A DNA stretch of 63,262 nucleotides, the filler included, from Dimargaris cristalligena (lineage: Eukaryota): assembly GCA_003614675.1 (NCBI GenBank). It is 2 parts of 2 records of this genome, joined end to end, with 100 filler letters (N's around TTAATTAATTAA, not from the genome) between each part and the next. Parts side by side here need not be neighbours in the genome. Positions count along the whole stretch, not along the records: positions 31,685 to 63,262 come from ML002437.1; 1 more part is not named here. The stretch is one strand, 5' to 3'. The notes beneath the pieces were generated by a model. The model made no database searches. It had not been told where the DNA came from and was given only the letters and a program-made list of their open reading frames with translations. The translations under genes were made by a program, and so were the position numbers. Every line of letters starts with the position of its first letter. The stretch's first letter is position 1. Below are positions 63,053-63,262 of this stretch, piece after piece.

Positions 63053-63262
63053 TTTGGCTTATTGGTGGATTTGCCTACAGACCCTGTCTTCTCTACCAGT
63101 GATCTTTTTATCAAAATTGTTTTTCTATTTGACAATAAAATGTATCCACATCCACTCTAACCTAGTGCAATCTAGTGTATTTTAGCTGTTTATGTAAAGA
63201 ACTGAACTCAAATCCTTGAAAACTGAACTTTATTTGAAAAGATAGATAATAAAAGGGAAAGG

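Noticed and set aside
1-63262. tRNA, rRNA, CRISPR arrays or intact transposons
   Set aside because: None were recognised by eye. The DNA is eukaryotic and has no repeat-spacer pattern. A tRNAscan-SE/Infernal run would be needed to exclude small RNAs.

Overview
Eukaryotic genomic DNA with spliceosomal introns (GTAAGT donors, CTAAC-type branch sites, YAG acceptors). The gene content is fungal (myosin-domain chitin synthase, DASH subunit Dad4, zuotin). A Rab24-like GTPase suggests an early-diverging, non-Dikarya fungus; this is inference only. Genes modelled by hand: GST, a mitochondrial PPR-like protein, dolichyl-diphosphate phosphatase, class V-type myosin-chitin synthase, a TM+SH3 protein, DAD4, an atypical Rab24-like GTPase, TYW2/TRM12, VPS24, CWC15, ZUO1 and TFA2. 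There are also three paralogous signal-peptide-bearing ApaH-like/Ppn2-type metallophosphatase genes. One is intact. Two are tandem-duplicated, disrupted copies that carry a large Gly/Asn/Arg-rich disordered domain. An assembly gap with an artificial TTAATTAATTAA linker lies at about 31.6 kb, and the left end is strongly CpG-depleted. The most notable items are the secreted ApaH-like phosphatase family undergoing birth-and-death evolution, the divergent Rab24-like GTPase, and the CpG-loss/C-to-T decay signature. All exon boundaries were derived by eye; no database searches were run.
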